Assembly: GCA_965263355.1 (NCBI GenBank) | Contig: CBDHHL010000032.1 | Span: 2,656,001 to 2,720,000 of the forward strand | Source: Leptolyngbyaceae cyanobacterium | Lineage (GTDB): Bacteria; Cyanobacteriota; Cyanobacteriia; Phormidesmidales; Phormidesmidaceae | DNA length: 64,000 bases | Direction of reading: 5' to 3' | Shown: one piece after another, positions 10,014 to 18,881 of the stretch | Layout of the letters: each line of letters begins with the position of its first letter | Position numbering within the stretch: the stretch's first letter is position 1 | The notes under the pieces: model-generated | Databases searched by the model: none | Seen by the model: only the letters and a program-made list of their open reading frames with translations | What the model was told of the DNA's origin: nothing | Position numbers and translations under genes: made by a program

Positions 10014-10940
10014 TTACTCCGGCTTCTGAATTACTTTTAGGGGGTTCTCTAGCTGACGCTGTTTTGCTTTAGGGTCAATGCTCAACAACCGCACATAGTC
10101 ACCAGGATGACTGACCAAAAACTGTTCCACCTGGGTGAGTACCTGGGCCTCATGGGTGTTGCTAATTGTGGGGCCACTCTGCCAGGACCCTACCTTGAAT
10201 CGTCGTGCATCGGCAAATTCCAGGCCAATGTGGTGGCTCTGGCGAAGCTGTTGCTGGATGATGTCTCTGATTTCTGTTGGTAAAGGAGATACTTTGCCAT
10301 TTCGGATTGAACCATTGCCCGAATTCTGCAAAGAAGGGGCGCAGGCGATACCGTCAGAACAGCGATACCCGGCCCGTAAGGCTTGATTGACTTGGACCAC
10401 ATGGTGAGAGAAGCTGCGATCGCTATCGTTAGCATCCGGTAACCGATCGGCAGCTTGCTGTGTGGTAATCACCGCTCCCGACGGCACATACTTACCGGCA
10501 GGAATTTCCACATCCTGGATCAGGGCGTGCATCATCACAATGCAGCCGTGGCCCACCTGGGCATTAAATACCGTCGAGCGAAAGCCAATAAAACACTCAT
10601 TGCCAACGTAAGCAGGACCGTGGATCAACGCCATATGGGTGATGCAGGTATCATGGCCAATCCACACCGAATAAGCTTTCTGGTCATCCCCCAAGATGCG
10701 TCCCTGCTCTAAGCCATGGATGACCACCCCATCTTGAATATTAGTATTCGCACCGACGTAAAAGGGAGCCCCTTCATCCGCACGAATGGAGGTATTGGGG
10801 GCGACGATTACATTTTCACCCAGTTGCACATCCCCAATTAGACTGCACTGGGGATGAACATAGGCAGATGCAGCAATGATGGGCTTATCCAGATCGCTAT
10901 CCCAGGGAGTGGGTGGAGCGGGTTGATGACGCAGTGGCAT
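10014..10940 (-). CDS. CcmM-like gamma carbonic anhydrase with a single RbcS-like (SSUL) domain
   Basis: [26 protein letters not shown] (gamma-CA His ligands); C-term [33 protein letters not shown]. Confidence 0.88.
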   Translation of the reverse strand: MPLRHQPAPPTPWDSDLDKPIIAASAYVHPQCSLIGDVQLGENVIVAPNTSIRADEGAPFYVGANTNIQDGVVIHGLEQGRILGDDQKAYSVWIGHDTCITHMALIHGPAYVGNECFIGFRSTVFNAQVGHGCIVMMHALIQDVEIPAGKYVPSGAVITTQQAADRLPDANDSDRSFSHHVVQVNQALRAGYRCSDGIACAPSLQNSGNGSIRNGKVSPLPTEIRDIIQQQLRQSHHIGLEFADARRFKVGSWQSGPTISNTHEAQVLTQVEQFLVSHPGDYVRLLSIDPKAKQRQLENPLKVIQKPE

Positions 10941-10955
10941 GATTAGTTCCTCGGT

Positions 10956-11441
10956 TCAAAGTTGAGTGGGATTAGGCGCATCCCCATAGACGGCGACGGG
11001 GTTAAATGTCTTAGTGGCTTCCGTAAAGGTGAGGGCAACGGCACCATTTGCGGCTAAATCGCCCTCGCCAGCAGAAATCTGGCGGTAAAAGCAAGAGCGA
11101 TAGCCCACATGGCAACTGGCCCCTGACCCGGCCACCTGGACCTTCATCCACAGGCAATCTTGATCATCGTCGATCAACAACTGCTGCACGGTTTGTACCA
11201 GCCCACTGGTAGCTCCCTTATGCCAGAGCTGCTGACGGCTGCGGCTGTAGTAATGGGCTTCACGCGTTTCCAGGGTTTTCAGTAATGCGGCTTCATTCAT
11301 GTAGGCGTGCATCAACACCTCGCCGGTTGCAGCATCCGTGGTGATAACGGGGATGAGCCCATGGGCATCAAACTTGGGAGCCAGGAGCATCCCTTCTTCG
11401 ACAGCTTCAACCGAGGTACGGGCAGCAAATGGAGACGACAT
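10956..11441 (-). CDS. hisI: Phosphoribosyl-AMP cyclohydrolase paralog
   Basis: [33 protein letters not shown]. Confidence 0.92.
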   Translation of the reverse strand: MSSPFAARTSVEAVEEGMLLAPKFDAHGLIPVITTDAATGEVLMHAYMNEAALLKTLETREAHYYSRSRQQLWHKGATSGLVQTVQQLLIDDDQDCLWMKVQVAGSGASCHVGYRSCFYRQISAGEGDLAANGAVALTFTEATKTFNPVAVYGDAPNPTQL

Positions 11442-11589
11442 AGTGCAGAGAGTAACAATATTTGGGCCTGAGAGCGTTGATTTGCGGTCGATTTGGAGGG
11501 GCAGAAACCTCTTTCTCGGCTTGCTTTAAATTTGTAGACACCAACTTTATAAAGAGCTTATATCCACCTTTGTATAATCGCATATTGCG

Positions 11590-11608
11590 AGAATGATAAT
11601 CATTCTAA
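11590..11608. promoter_or_regulatory. Fur-family (likely Zur) box upstream of hisI
   Basis: AGAATGATAATCATTCT palindrome containing TGATAATCATTCTAA, ~150 bp upstream of the hisI start. Confidence 0.7.
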
Positions 11609-11782
11609 TTAGAGATTGAGGTTTTTCGATGTCTAGTTTTAGATTGATATTGGAGAATACACGGTCCTATTTGCAGCGCGCTAGGGGACAAGCCAAGTCT
11701 GCTTGAGGCCGCTGAATCGTCAATAATTGGTGGCGCTGAGACGATTAGCAAAGGTAAAACCACTGGCTAGCTGGCATATCTC

Positions 11783-13486
11783 TCATCTGGTTAGCCAGCC
11801 GCCTCCCCAGGTCAACAGTATTGAAAACCCGATCGCCGCGATCGCCTGCCGAGCCATCAGCCCCACCGCAAATCGCACCGACTGTTCGCGAGCGATGGTC
11901 AGTGCAGTGACCAGGCAGGGCAGCAATACCCCGGCCAGGTAAACGCCTGTCAAGATTTGCAGCGGCGTGAGCAGGGCCAGGGTATCCGGTTCGGCAAAAA
12001 GCAACAGTCCATCTTTGCGAATTGAGGCCAAAATAACGGGTACAGCCGCCTCTGGGGGCAGACCAAACAGCCCCATCAGGGGATTAATCCAGCCAGCTAG
12101 GAGGGTGATCAGGCCCAGACTGTCCAACACCGAAGCGATCACCGTAATCACCAAAAAGATGGGAATCGCGTTGGTAAAAAACTGCTGGAGAGTGCCCTGG
12201 GTTTCGCGCCAGATGGCAGACCAGCGGGGAATTTCCAAAAACGTGCGCTGTTCGATCATCAGCGTATTGTGGACCGAGCGGGCGGCTTTGGGCGCAATCA
12301 GGCAGGTGTAGATCAAGGTGGTCAGGGTTAAGTAGCCCAGGTAAGGCACCACCAAACCGGGCATATTGGCCGCACTGAACACACCCAGAGTGGCCCCAAA
12401 CTGGTAAGAACAGGCAGAGCCAAAAGCGATCGCACTTACACAGGTCTGCCGAGAACAACTAGAACAGGCGCGAGTGCTGATCACGGCGGGCACATTGCAG
12501 CCAAACCCCATAATCACCCGCACTAAATCTCGCCCGGATAGGCCAAACGGTCTCAGGAGTGGATGTAGCGTCACAGTAATGCGTTCCACCAACCCGCTAG
12601 CCTTGTACACGCCTAAAAACAGTGCATACAGAATCACCGTCGGCACCGCCCAGACAAATAACAGCGGCCCCATGGTGACTAAGCCATAGCGGCCAATCAA
12701 AATCTCTCGTAGCAGCGATGGTGTCTGAGACAAGACCGTAATCAGAGGATCTAATCCAGCTTGTACAAGGGGATCCAGCACCCCCGCCACACCATTGGCC
12801 ACACCAACGGCAAGGACGGCAGGCAACAACAGCAAGATCACCGCCAGCAACCAGCCCCAGCGCGGCTGTTCTAGCCAGGTGGGATGGGGTTCAATGTACC
12901 AGCCCGCCGGGATCGGGTGCCACTGTTTGGGAAAAACGGTCGGCGTCTGGAGTGCCCCTAGAATCTGTCGGCGCTGATCCAAACTTAAATGGCGAGCATC
13001 CACGGGGATAAATCTCACCTGGGCAGTTTGTTCCCAACGGTCCACCACATGCTGGGTAAACTCAGAGGCCATGACCTTATCCCAAAAGGTGACCACGACT
13101 AACCCTTGCTTCCCGGCAACTAACGGCAGCAGGTCTGCCAGATCATTATCGATATGTGTGGCTTTAACCAACAACACAATGGTGTCATGGGCCTGAAGTT
13201 GGGCCAGGGCCATTCGGGTGGCGGCGGTGTCAGACCGAAAGAGAATGCCTGGGGTGTCGATCAAGAGATGATCGCCTGCCTGATAGCGATCGCAGGCAAT
13301 CGTTGAGCCTTGAATGTTTGTACTGGTGGGGCATTGGCCGGTGAGTGCCGCCGCTAGGGCGGATTTGCCGGTACTTTCTTTGCCGATGAGAACAATAGTG
13401 TGCTGGGTGGGGGGAGCCGGGGGCATGGAGAGAAGAGGAGAGGGGGAGAAGGGGAGAGGGGGAGACACCTTGCATCCAGCTAACAA
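11783..13486 (-). CDS. FeoB-like small GTPase plus Gate (nucleoside-recognition) membrane protein
   Basis: GKESTGKS P-loop, DTPG, TFWD; MGFGCNVPA and LPC Gate motifs; start TTG 13486 or ATG 13426. Confidence 0.85.
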   Translation of the reverse strand: MLAGCKVSPPLPFSPSPLLSMPPAPPTQHTIVLIGKESTGKSALAAALTGQCPTSTNIQGSTIACDRYQAGDHLLIDTPGILFRSDTAATRMALAQLQAHDTIVLLVKATHIDNDLADLLPLVAGKQGLVVVTFWDKVMASEFTQHVVDRWEQTAQVRFIPVDARHLSLDQRRQILGALQTPTVFPKQWHPIPAGWYIEPHPTWLEQPRWGWLLAVILLLLPAVLAVGVANGVAGVLDPLVQAGLDPLITVLSQTPSLLREILIGRYGLVTMGPLLFVWAVPTVILYALFLGVYKASGLVERITVTLHPLLRPFGLSGRDLVRVIMGFGCNVPAVISTRACSSCSRQTCVSAIAFGSACSYQFGATLGVFSAANMPGLVVPYLGYLTLTTLIYTCLIAPKAARSVHNTLMIEQRTFLEIPRWSAIWRETQGTLQQFFTNAIPIFLVITVIASVLDSLGLITLLAGWINPLMGLFGLPPEAAVPVILASIRKDGLLLFAEPDTLALLTPLQILTGVYLAGVLLPCLVTALTIAREQSVRFAVGLMARQAIAAIGFSILLTWGGGWLTR

Positions 13487-14604
13487 ATGCAGTCGTTGTC
13501 GCAGCAGGAGAGATCGTCGAGAAAGAGTCCGGCCTGGCGGTAGGCATCAAGGGGGGTGGTGTGGAGATCGAGGCGCTGAGCGATCGCATTGGCGATGACG
13601 GCAAACCGCTGACGAAATTTATAAATAAAGCAAAAAATCAGGTCACCATGGCGGACAGAGGGACCACTCACAAAGAGACCTGGGGTGAGGGTGGATTCGT
13701 CATTTTCCGTAAGCGCTGCATAGCCTTTAGACCAGTCGAACAAGGGTGAAATCTGTTTCAAACTGGTATCGAAACCGGTGCAAAGAATCGGGGGGTGGGC
13801 CGTCATCCACTTTTGGTATTCGCTGTAGACCGCGTAGCCACCGGGGATGGGTTTGACTTCTTCAATGGGTGCGTTACCCACCATGTCCAGACGACCGGTG
13901 CGATGGACAAATTCCAGACGCTGCAGGGTGTAGGGCGATAGGGATACGCTGGGGTCGGCATCAGGATTCGCCCAGACCCCGGTGCGATCGAGCACGCCAA
14001 CTTTCTTTCCTAGCGCCACAAGATTGGCAGCGGCATCCATACCGCTTTCGTAGCCGCCGATAATGATAAATTCATCCCCCTTTAGATCAGTCCACGACCG
14101 AATCTGACTGTTGTGGACGCAGTGCTCTGCCCCTGGAAAGGGATCAAGATGGGGATATTGATATTCTCCGGCGGCCCAAATGACAAACTGGGTAGAAATT
14201 TCACCGCTGCTAGTATGCAGAATAAAGCCTTCCTGGGACAATGGCTCAATGCTCTTGACATCCACCTCAGTTTGAATCGATAACTCAAAGTGAGCGGCAA
14301 CGGTCTGCAAGTACAGGGCATACTGTTTACCGCTGATATGTTCACGACGAAATGCGATCGCAGGCGAGGTCTTCAAGGTCACTGCATTCAGGTCAAGCAG
14401 TCCAAAGCCATGGCTGGGAAATGACGGTGTAATGAAGCTCATCTCCTTAGGCCAGCGGCTAAAGGAGGCTCCCACCTGGTGTCGCTCTAAAATCGTAAAG
14501 CGCTCCAGCCCCAGCTCTTTGAGCACAACGCCACAACCAATGCCAGCTGCTCCCGCACCGACAATCACAACGTCATAGGACAGATCCGCTTGGGAATGGC
14601 TCAC
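13480..14604 (-). CDS. NAD(P)/FAD-dependent oxidoreductase with Cys-rich C-terminus
   Basis: GAGAAG FAD motif, IGGYESG second Rossmann motif, FCFIYKFRQRF, C-term SCCDNDCIC. Confidence 0.9.
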   Translation of the reverse strand: MSHSQADLSYDVVIVGAGAAGIGCGVVLKELGLERFTILERHQVGASFSRWPKEMSFITPSFPSHGFGLLDLNAVTLKTSPAIAFRREHISGKQYALYLQTVAAHFELSIQTEVDVKSIEPLSQEGFILHTSSGEISTQFVIWAAGEYQYPHLDPFPGAEHCVHNSQIRSWTDLKGDEFIIIGGYESGMDAAANLVALGKKVGVLDRTGVWANPDADPSVSLSPYTLQRLEFVHRTGRLDMVGNAPIEEVKPIPGGYAVYSEYQKWMTAHPPILCTGFDTSLKQISPLFDWSKGYAALTENDESTLTPGLFVSGPSVRHGDLIFCFIYKFRQRFAVIANAIAQRLDLHTTPLDAYRQAGLFLDDLSCCDNDCIC

Positions 14605-14636
14605 ACTGGTTTACCTGAATGACAAGGATATGAAAA

Positions 14637-14651
14637 TGATAATCATTATCA
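14637..14651. promoter_or_regulatory. Zur/Fur-type box
   Basis: Perfect 7-1-7 palindrome TGATAAT-C-ATTATCA about 33 bp upstream of the oxidoreductase start. Confidence 0.82.
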
Positions 14652-14786
14652 ATTCCTTTGTCTAGGGGCTGTTGGGTCATGATTACACGGGCAGACCAAT
14701 GGTGTTAGCCCTCTCTAGTCAGGGTACGCAGCGCTAGTCTATACTCTGGGGATTATGCAGCTGCTGACGGTAATAGAGGAGAACTG

Positions 14787-16451
14787 ATGAATATCAATGT
14801 TTCTATTATCGACCAGCGCTTAGCATCAGTTATCGATGCCATTCGACTACAGGCTGCTGAAGAATTAGGGATTAGTGATGCTGGCAGACTTAAGTCCCTG
14901 GCTTTTGTAAATTTATGCGTTCAAACCATATTAGATCTAGAGGACGACCATACTTTCGATTGCCTAACCGAAGGCGGCGGGGATTTTGGTGTAGATGCCA
15001 TGCATATCTCTGAGGAATATGATGGTGAGTTTATCGTTAGCCTATTTCAGGCTAAGTATAGAAATAATCTAGAAGGTGACTCTAACTTTCCTGAAACAGG
15101 TATAGAGGCTCTCATCAATGCAATTCAATATCTATTCAACCCAGCAGCTACATTAGAGCATATTAATCAACGATTACTAACTAAGGTAGAAGAAGCTCGT
15201 AGCTTAATTCGGGATGGATATATTCCACAGGTTCGGGCATTAGCTTGTAATAACGGATTGAAGTGGAATACTTCAGCTCAGGAAGCAATTGACCGTGCTG
15301 GCTTCGGAGATCAAGTTGCTTGGGAACATGTTAATCACGAGCGCTTAGTAAAAATTCTTCAGGCATCTAAGCCAGTAAAGGATACTTTACAGCTCAGTGG
15401 AAAAGCTATTGTTGAAGATATGTACTTTAGTCGAGTACTTGTGGGAAGAATTTCGGTCGCTGAAATTGCAACACTTATTGAGCGACACGGTGAACGATTA
15501 TTAGAACGCAATATCCGTCGTTATCTGGGATTACAAGGTAATCGTGTTAATGAAGGTATTCGTAATACTTTAACTAGTGACGAAAAAAAGAATTTTTATT
15601 TTTACAATAATGGGATAACTCTGACGTGTGACAACTTTTCTTACAATGCACTACAAGATGGTGATTATCAAGTCCGTGTTGAAAACTTACAGATAATAAA
15701 TGGTGGTCAGACCTGCATGACCATATCTCAAACCTTGCAGGAACCTGATTTACTTAATCAGAATGCTGGAGCTTATGTCCTCCTCAGACTATATCAGTTG
15801 CCTAGTGAGAATAATGAACTAGTTCAAAAAATCACCTATGCTACCAATAGTCAAAATCCAGTAGATCTTAGGGACTTACGAGCTAATGACGAACGCCAGC
15901 TAAGATTAGAAATAGATATTGAACAATTGGGGTTTAATTATCGGCGTAAACGCTCTGGAACAAGCAGTGCCCGTTCTACAGAAATCACTTCAGGGGTAGC
16001 CGCAGAGGCAATACTGTCTGTTTGGAGGAAGAAACCTCATCAGGCAAAGTTTTTCTCCCGAGAGCATTTTGGGAAATTGTATGATGCAATATTTACTGAT
16101 CAGCTCAACGGTTCGCAAGTTGTGCTTGCTGTGCAATTGTATAGAATTTCTGAAAATCGGCGTAAACGACCAAAACCTAATGACCCTGATTTTGTTCGCT
16201 ATGCCTCATGCTTCATTGCAATGCAAATGGGGCATAGGCTTCTAAATGATATGGATATTCAAATTATGAATATCAGCCACCAGAATTTTCAGGTTGCTCA
16301 GCAGCTTATTGCGCGAAATGGTGAAGCTTATTTCAACGCATCAGTACAAGATATTCAGCAGGCACTTCAGAATCTTTATGGAGAACAAGAAATTTCCTTG
16401 CAACAGCTATCTGCAACCTTTCGGCGTGGTGATTTAATAGACAGACTTTAG
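14787..16451 (+). CDS. AIPR family protein (abortive infection phage resistance)
   Basis: DFGVDA, LFQAKY, LERNIRRYLG, FYFYNNGIT, QIINGGQT, ATNSQN; lower GC than the neighbours. Confidence 0.92.
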   Translation: MNINVSIIDQRLASVIDAIRLQAAEELGISDAGRLKSLAFVNLCVQTILDLEDDHTFDCLTEGGGDFGVDAMHISEEYDGEFIVSLFQAKYRNNLEGDSNFPETGIEALINAIQYLFNPAATLEHINQRLLTKVEEARSLIRDGYIPQVRALACNNGLKWNTSAQEAIDRAGFGDQVAWEHVNHERLVKILQASKPVKDTLQLSGKAIVEDMYFSRVLVGRISVAEIATLIERHGERLLERNIRRYLGLQGNRVNEGIRNTLTSDEKKNFYFYNNGITLTCDNFSYNALQDGDYQVRVENLQIINGGQTCMTISQTLQEPDLLNQNAGAYVLLRLYQLPSENNELVQKITYATNSQNPVDLRDLRANDERQLRLEIDIEQLGFNYRRKRSGTSSARSTEITSGVAAEAILSVWRKKPHQAKFFSREHFGKLYDAIFTDQLNGSQVVLAVQLYRISENRRKRPKPNDPDFVRYASCFIAMQMGHRLLNDMDIQIMNISHQNFQVAQQLIARNGEAYFNASVQDIQQALQNLYGEQEISLQQLSATFRRGDLIDRL

Positions 16452-16653
16452 CACATTAGAATTAGTTATTCGTTGGCTAAAGTAGCAACAGCCAGCTAAC
16501 CCTTCGTTGGTGCGAACAGAACAGAGCTTATGGCTAGAGAATAAGGTTATCTGCTTATCCCATAAGCTCGCCATTGTGGTCAGACCGAAGCCAATGCAGA
16601 CTGTTGCCGACGAGCAAGTTTCAACTCAGTTGAAACTTGCTATAGACCACCGT

Positions 16654-16782
16654 TTAGTCTAGAAATGCCTGTATAGCAGCCTCATTGCAACTGCCACCCA
16701 GACCGCTAACAATTGTGCAAGTATTGGTCATCAGCATGCCCGTATATGTGGCTGCGGGTGTGCCAGCTTCTCCTAAATACCC
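16654..16782 (-). pseudogene. 3' remnant of a metal ABC substrate-binding protein
   Basis: LGEAGTPAATYTGMLMTNTCTIVSGLGGSC matches the C-terminus of 28673..29665 (LGPEGTPGGSYTGMLVYNTCTIVDGLGGKC). Confidence 0.7.
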
Positions 16783-16797
16783 ACAATCGGACACAAA

Positions 16798-17160
16798 ATG
16801 CCCATCAGCGGGTGGGCTGAGAAATGGCGTAAGCGATGCGATCGCAAGCAACCTTGGGTTGTAGTTGTGGATGGCGATGTGGCGGGCTTCATCGAATTTG
16901 ACTCTGACGGCCACATCGACTGCACCTACGTATCTCCGGCTCATGCCGGTAAGGGGTACATGTCGGCAATCATGGAGCGAATCTTCCAGGAGGCGCGGCA
17001 GTCCAATCTGATCCGGCTCTACGCTGAGGTCTCCATCACAGCACGCCCCTTCTTCGAGCGCCATGGTTTCCGCGTCGTCCGCGACAACCCCCACAAAGTT
17101 CGCGGCGTTCCAATCTTGAACTACATCATGGAATGTTGGTTGCATCCGGATGCGGGGTAG
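16798..17160 (+). pseudogene. GNAT N-acetyltransferase (YafP-like), probably N-terminally truncated
   Basis: GFIEFDSDGHIDCTYVSP..AGKG, VSITARPFFERHGF; GC-rich segment. Confidence 0.7.
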
Positions 17161-17188
17161 CCGGGGTAGCCGAATATCTTTTGTCCAC

Positions 17189-17707
17189 CTACCGCTCCAG
17201 CAGGCGGGGCATCAACTCCACCAGGTTGCAAGGCCGATGGCGGGCATCCAGCTGGTCGTTAATCAGAGCATTCCAGCCAGTGCGGCAAGCCCCCGATGAC
17301 CCTGGCAAGCAAAAAATGTAGGTACCGTTGGCCACCCCCGCCAGGGCGCGGGACTGCACCGTGGACGTTTTAATCTCCTGGTAAGACACCATCCGAAAGA
17401 TTTCGCCAAAGCCGGGGAGTTGTTTATCCAGTAGAGGAGCAATGGCTTCAGGAGTGCCGTCCCGCCCGGTCACACCTGTGCCCCCAGTGGTGATGATGGC
17501 CTGCACCCCAGCATCAGCAATCCAGCGGGAGACCACCGCCCGAATTTGGTAAATATCGTCGGGTACGATCATTTTTTCGGCCAGGGTGTGGCCTGCGGTT
17601 TGCAGGTGCTCCACCAACAGCTGGCCCGATTTGTCGGTAGCTTCTGTGCGGCTGTCAGAGACAGTGAGAACGGCTATGGGGACGGGGATGAAGGCGGTGG
17701 CGGCCAT
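17189..17707 (-). CDS. moaB: Molybdenum cofactor biosynthesis protein B
   Basis: [38 protein letters not shown]. Confidence 0.95.
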   Translation of the reverse strand: MAATAFIPVPIAVLTVSDSRTEATDKSGQLLVEHLQTAGHTLAEKMIVPDDIYQIRAVVSRWIADAGVQAIITTGGTGVTGRDGTPEAIAPLLDKQLPGFGEIFRMVSYQEIKTSTVQSRALAGVANGTYIFCLPGSSGACRTGWNALINDQLDARHRPCNLVELMPRLLER

Positions 17708-17863
17708 GGGGCTTTTCTCTAATCAGGGCATGATTAAATTTATATTACAAAGTGCCATATGAAGGGGCTTTTCTGGTCAATTTTTGGATGCTTATAGGTA
17801 GTTCGTACCTCATTTTTGATGCGGCGTTTTACTCTTGCCAAAGATTGTGATCAGCGACTATGG

Positions 17864-17884
17864 TGTAGATACAGTGTATCTACA
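17864..17884. promoter_or_regulatory. Palindromic operator upstream of mazEF
   Basis: Perfect 10-1-10 IR TGTAGATACA-G-TGTATCTACA. Confidence 0.7.
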
Positions 17885-17936
17885 TTTGAAAGATTAGATT
17901 GTGATAGCTTCAACGTCCTAAATGTAAGGAGATCCT

Positions 17937-18236
17937 ATGGTTGCAATGGTTGCTAAGTGGGGCAATAGTTTAGCTCTTCGGATTCCTCAATATATTGTCA
18001 AAGAAATTCAGATCACTGAAGGTACTGAAGTCGAGCTTGTGGTGATTGATGGAAATATTAAACCTTGGAGGAATTAGTCGCTGGTATTACTTCAACACCT
18101 CACAGGCTCGATGCGACGGTAACAGTTGTTGGTAGTCAAACCTAAACCTCGTAAGCGTTATTCCTTGGAGGAATTAGTCGCTGGTATTACGCCTGAGATG
18201 GAAAGTGGTGTGGCTTTGGGGAATGAAGCTTGGTAA
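17937..18236 (+). pseudogene. mazE: MazE/AbrB antitoxin interrupted by a rearranged insert with in-frame stops
   Basis: MVAMVAKWGNSLALRIP...DGNIKPWRN* (17937-18077); same frame resumes LVVKPKPRKRYSLEELVAGITPE..GNEAW* ending 18236; 28-bp duplication at 18063-18090 and 18163-18190. Confidence 0.8.
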
Positions 18237-18577
18237 ATCCAACAGAACGCTATACGCCAGGACGAGGAGATATTGTTTATCTAGACTTTGATCCAACTAA
18301 AGGGCATGAACAGCGAGGACATCGACCTGCTCTGGTGGTTTCTCCTCGTAGTTACAATGCTAAAAGCTCTTTAGCACTGTTTGTGCCAATTACTAGACAG
18401 CAGAAAGGCTATCCCTTCGAGGTTCTTTTGCCACCTGGGCTAGAGGTTGAAGGGGTAGTACTTGCCGATCAAATCAAGTGTCTGGATTGGAAAGCTCGTA
18501 ACGTTCAGTTCGTTGAAACTGTATCAGAAGAACTGATGGAGGAGGTGCAAGCCAAGGTTGAACCTCTAATCTTCTAG
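18230..18577 (+). CDS. mazF: MazF/PemK endoribonuclease toxin
   Basis: RGDIVYLDFDPTKGHEQRGHRPALVVS..YN, VPIT, DQIKCLDWKAR. Confidence 0.93.
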   Translation: MVNPTERYTPGRGDIVYLDFDPTKGHEQRGHRPALVVSPRSYNAKSSLALFVPITRQQKGYPFEVLLPPGLEVEGVVLADQIKCLDWKARNVQFVETVSEELMEEVQAKVEPLIF

Positions 18578-18607
18578 AGAGACATCTTTACCTATGTTTA
18601 TTAGCCT

Positions 18608-18762
18608 CGTAGGGTGGGTTGCCTCAAGACCAAGATATTTGCCACCAAATCAATATCTCCTCAACCCAACGTATCCAATATTCATGGGTGTTCAGCCATG
18701 CTGGGTTCAGGTGAATGTTGATAATATTTGAGGGATGTTGGAATGGAATAACCCAACCGACG
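18608..18762. repeat. Degenerate GTAG-family REP-like cluster
   Basis: CGTAGGGTGGGTT...AACCCAAC...GCTGGGTT...AACCCAACC. Confidence 0.4.
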
Positions 18763-18881
18763 TATTTGGCTTCCCGATTGCCAACAGAAATTAAACTCTG
18801 TTAAACGGTAGCCATTTTCACAAAATCTTTTTGGAATAACCGTTCTAATGAGGAGCACTAGCCCTTATCAAAAACGACCCT

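Noticed and set aside
16654..17145. 163-aa minus-strand ORF as one gene
   Set aside because: Most of it is antisense to the GNAT fragment; only the last ~42 codons resemble a real protein
18808..18821. NtcA-like site GTAGCCATTTTCAC upstream of CynA paralog 1
   Set aside because: One mismatch to GTA-N8-TAC and no clean TAN3T at the expected distance; too weak to call
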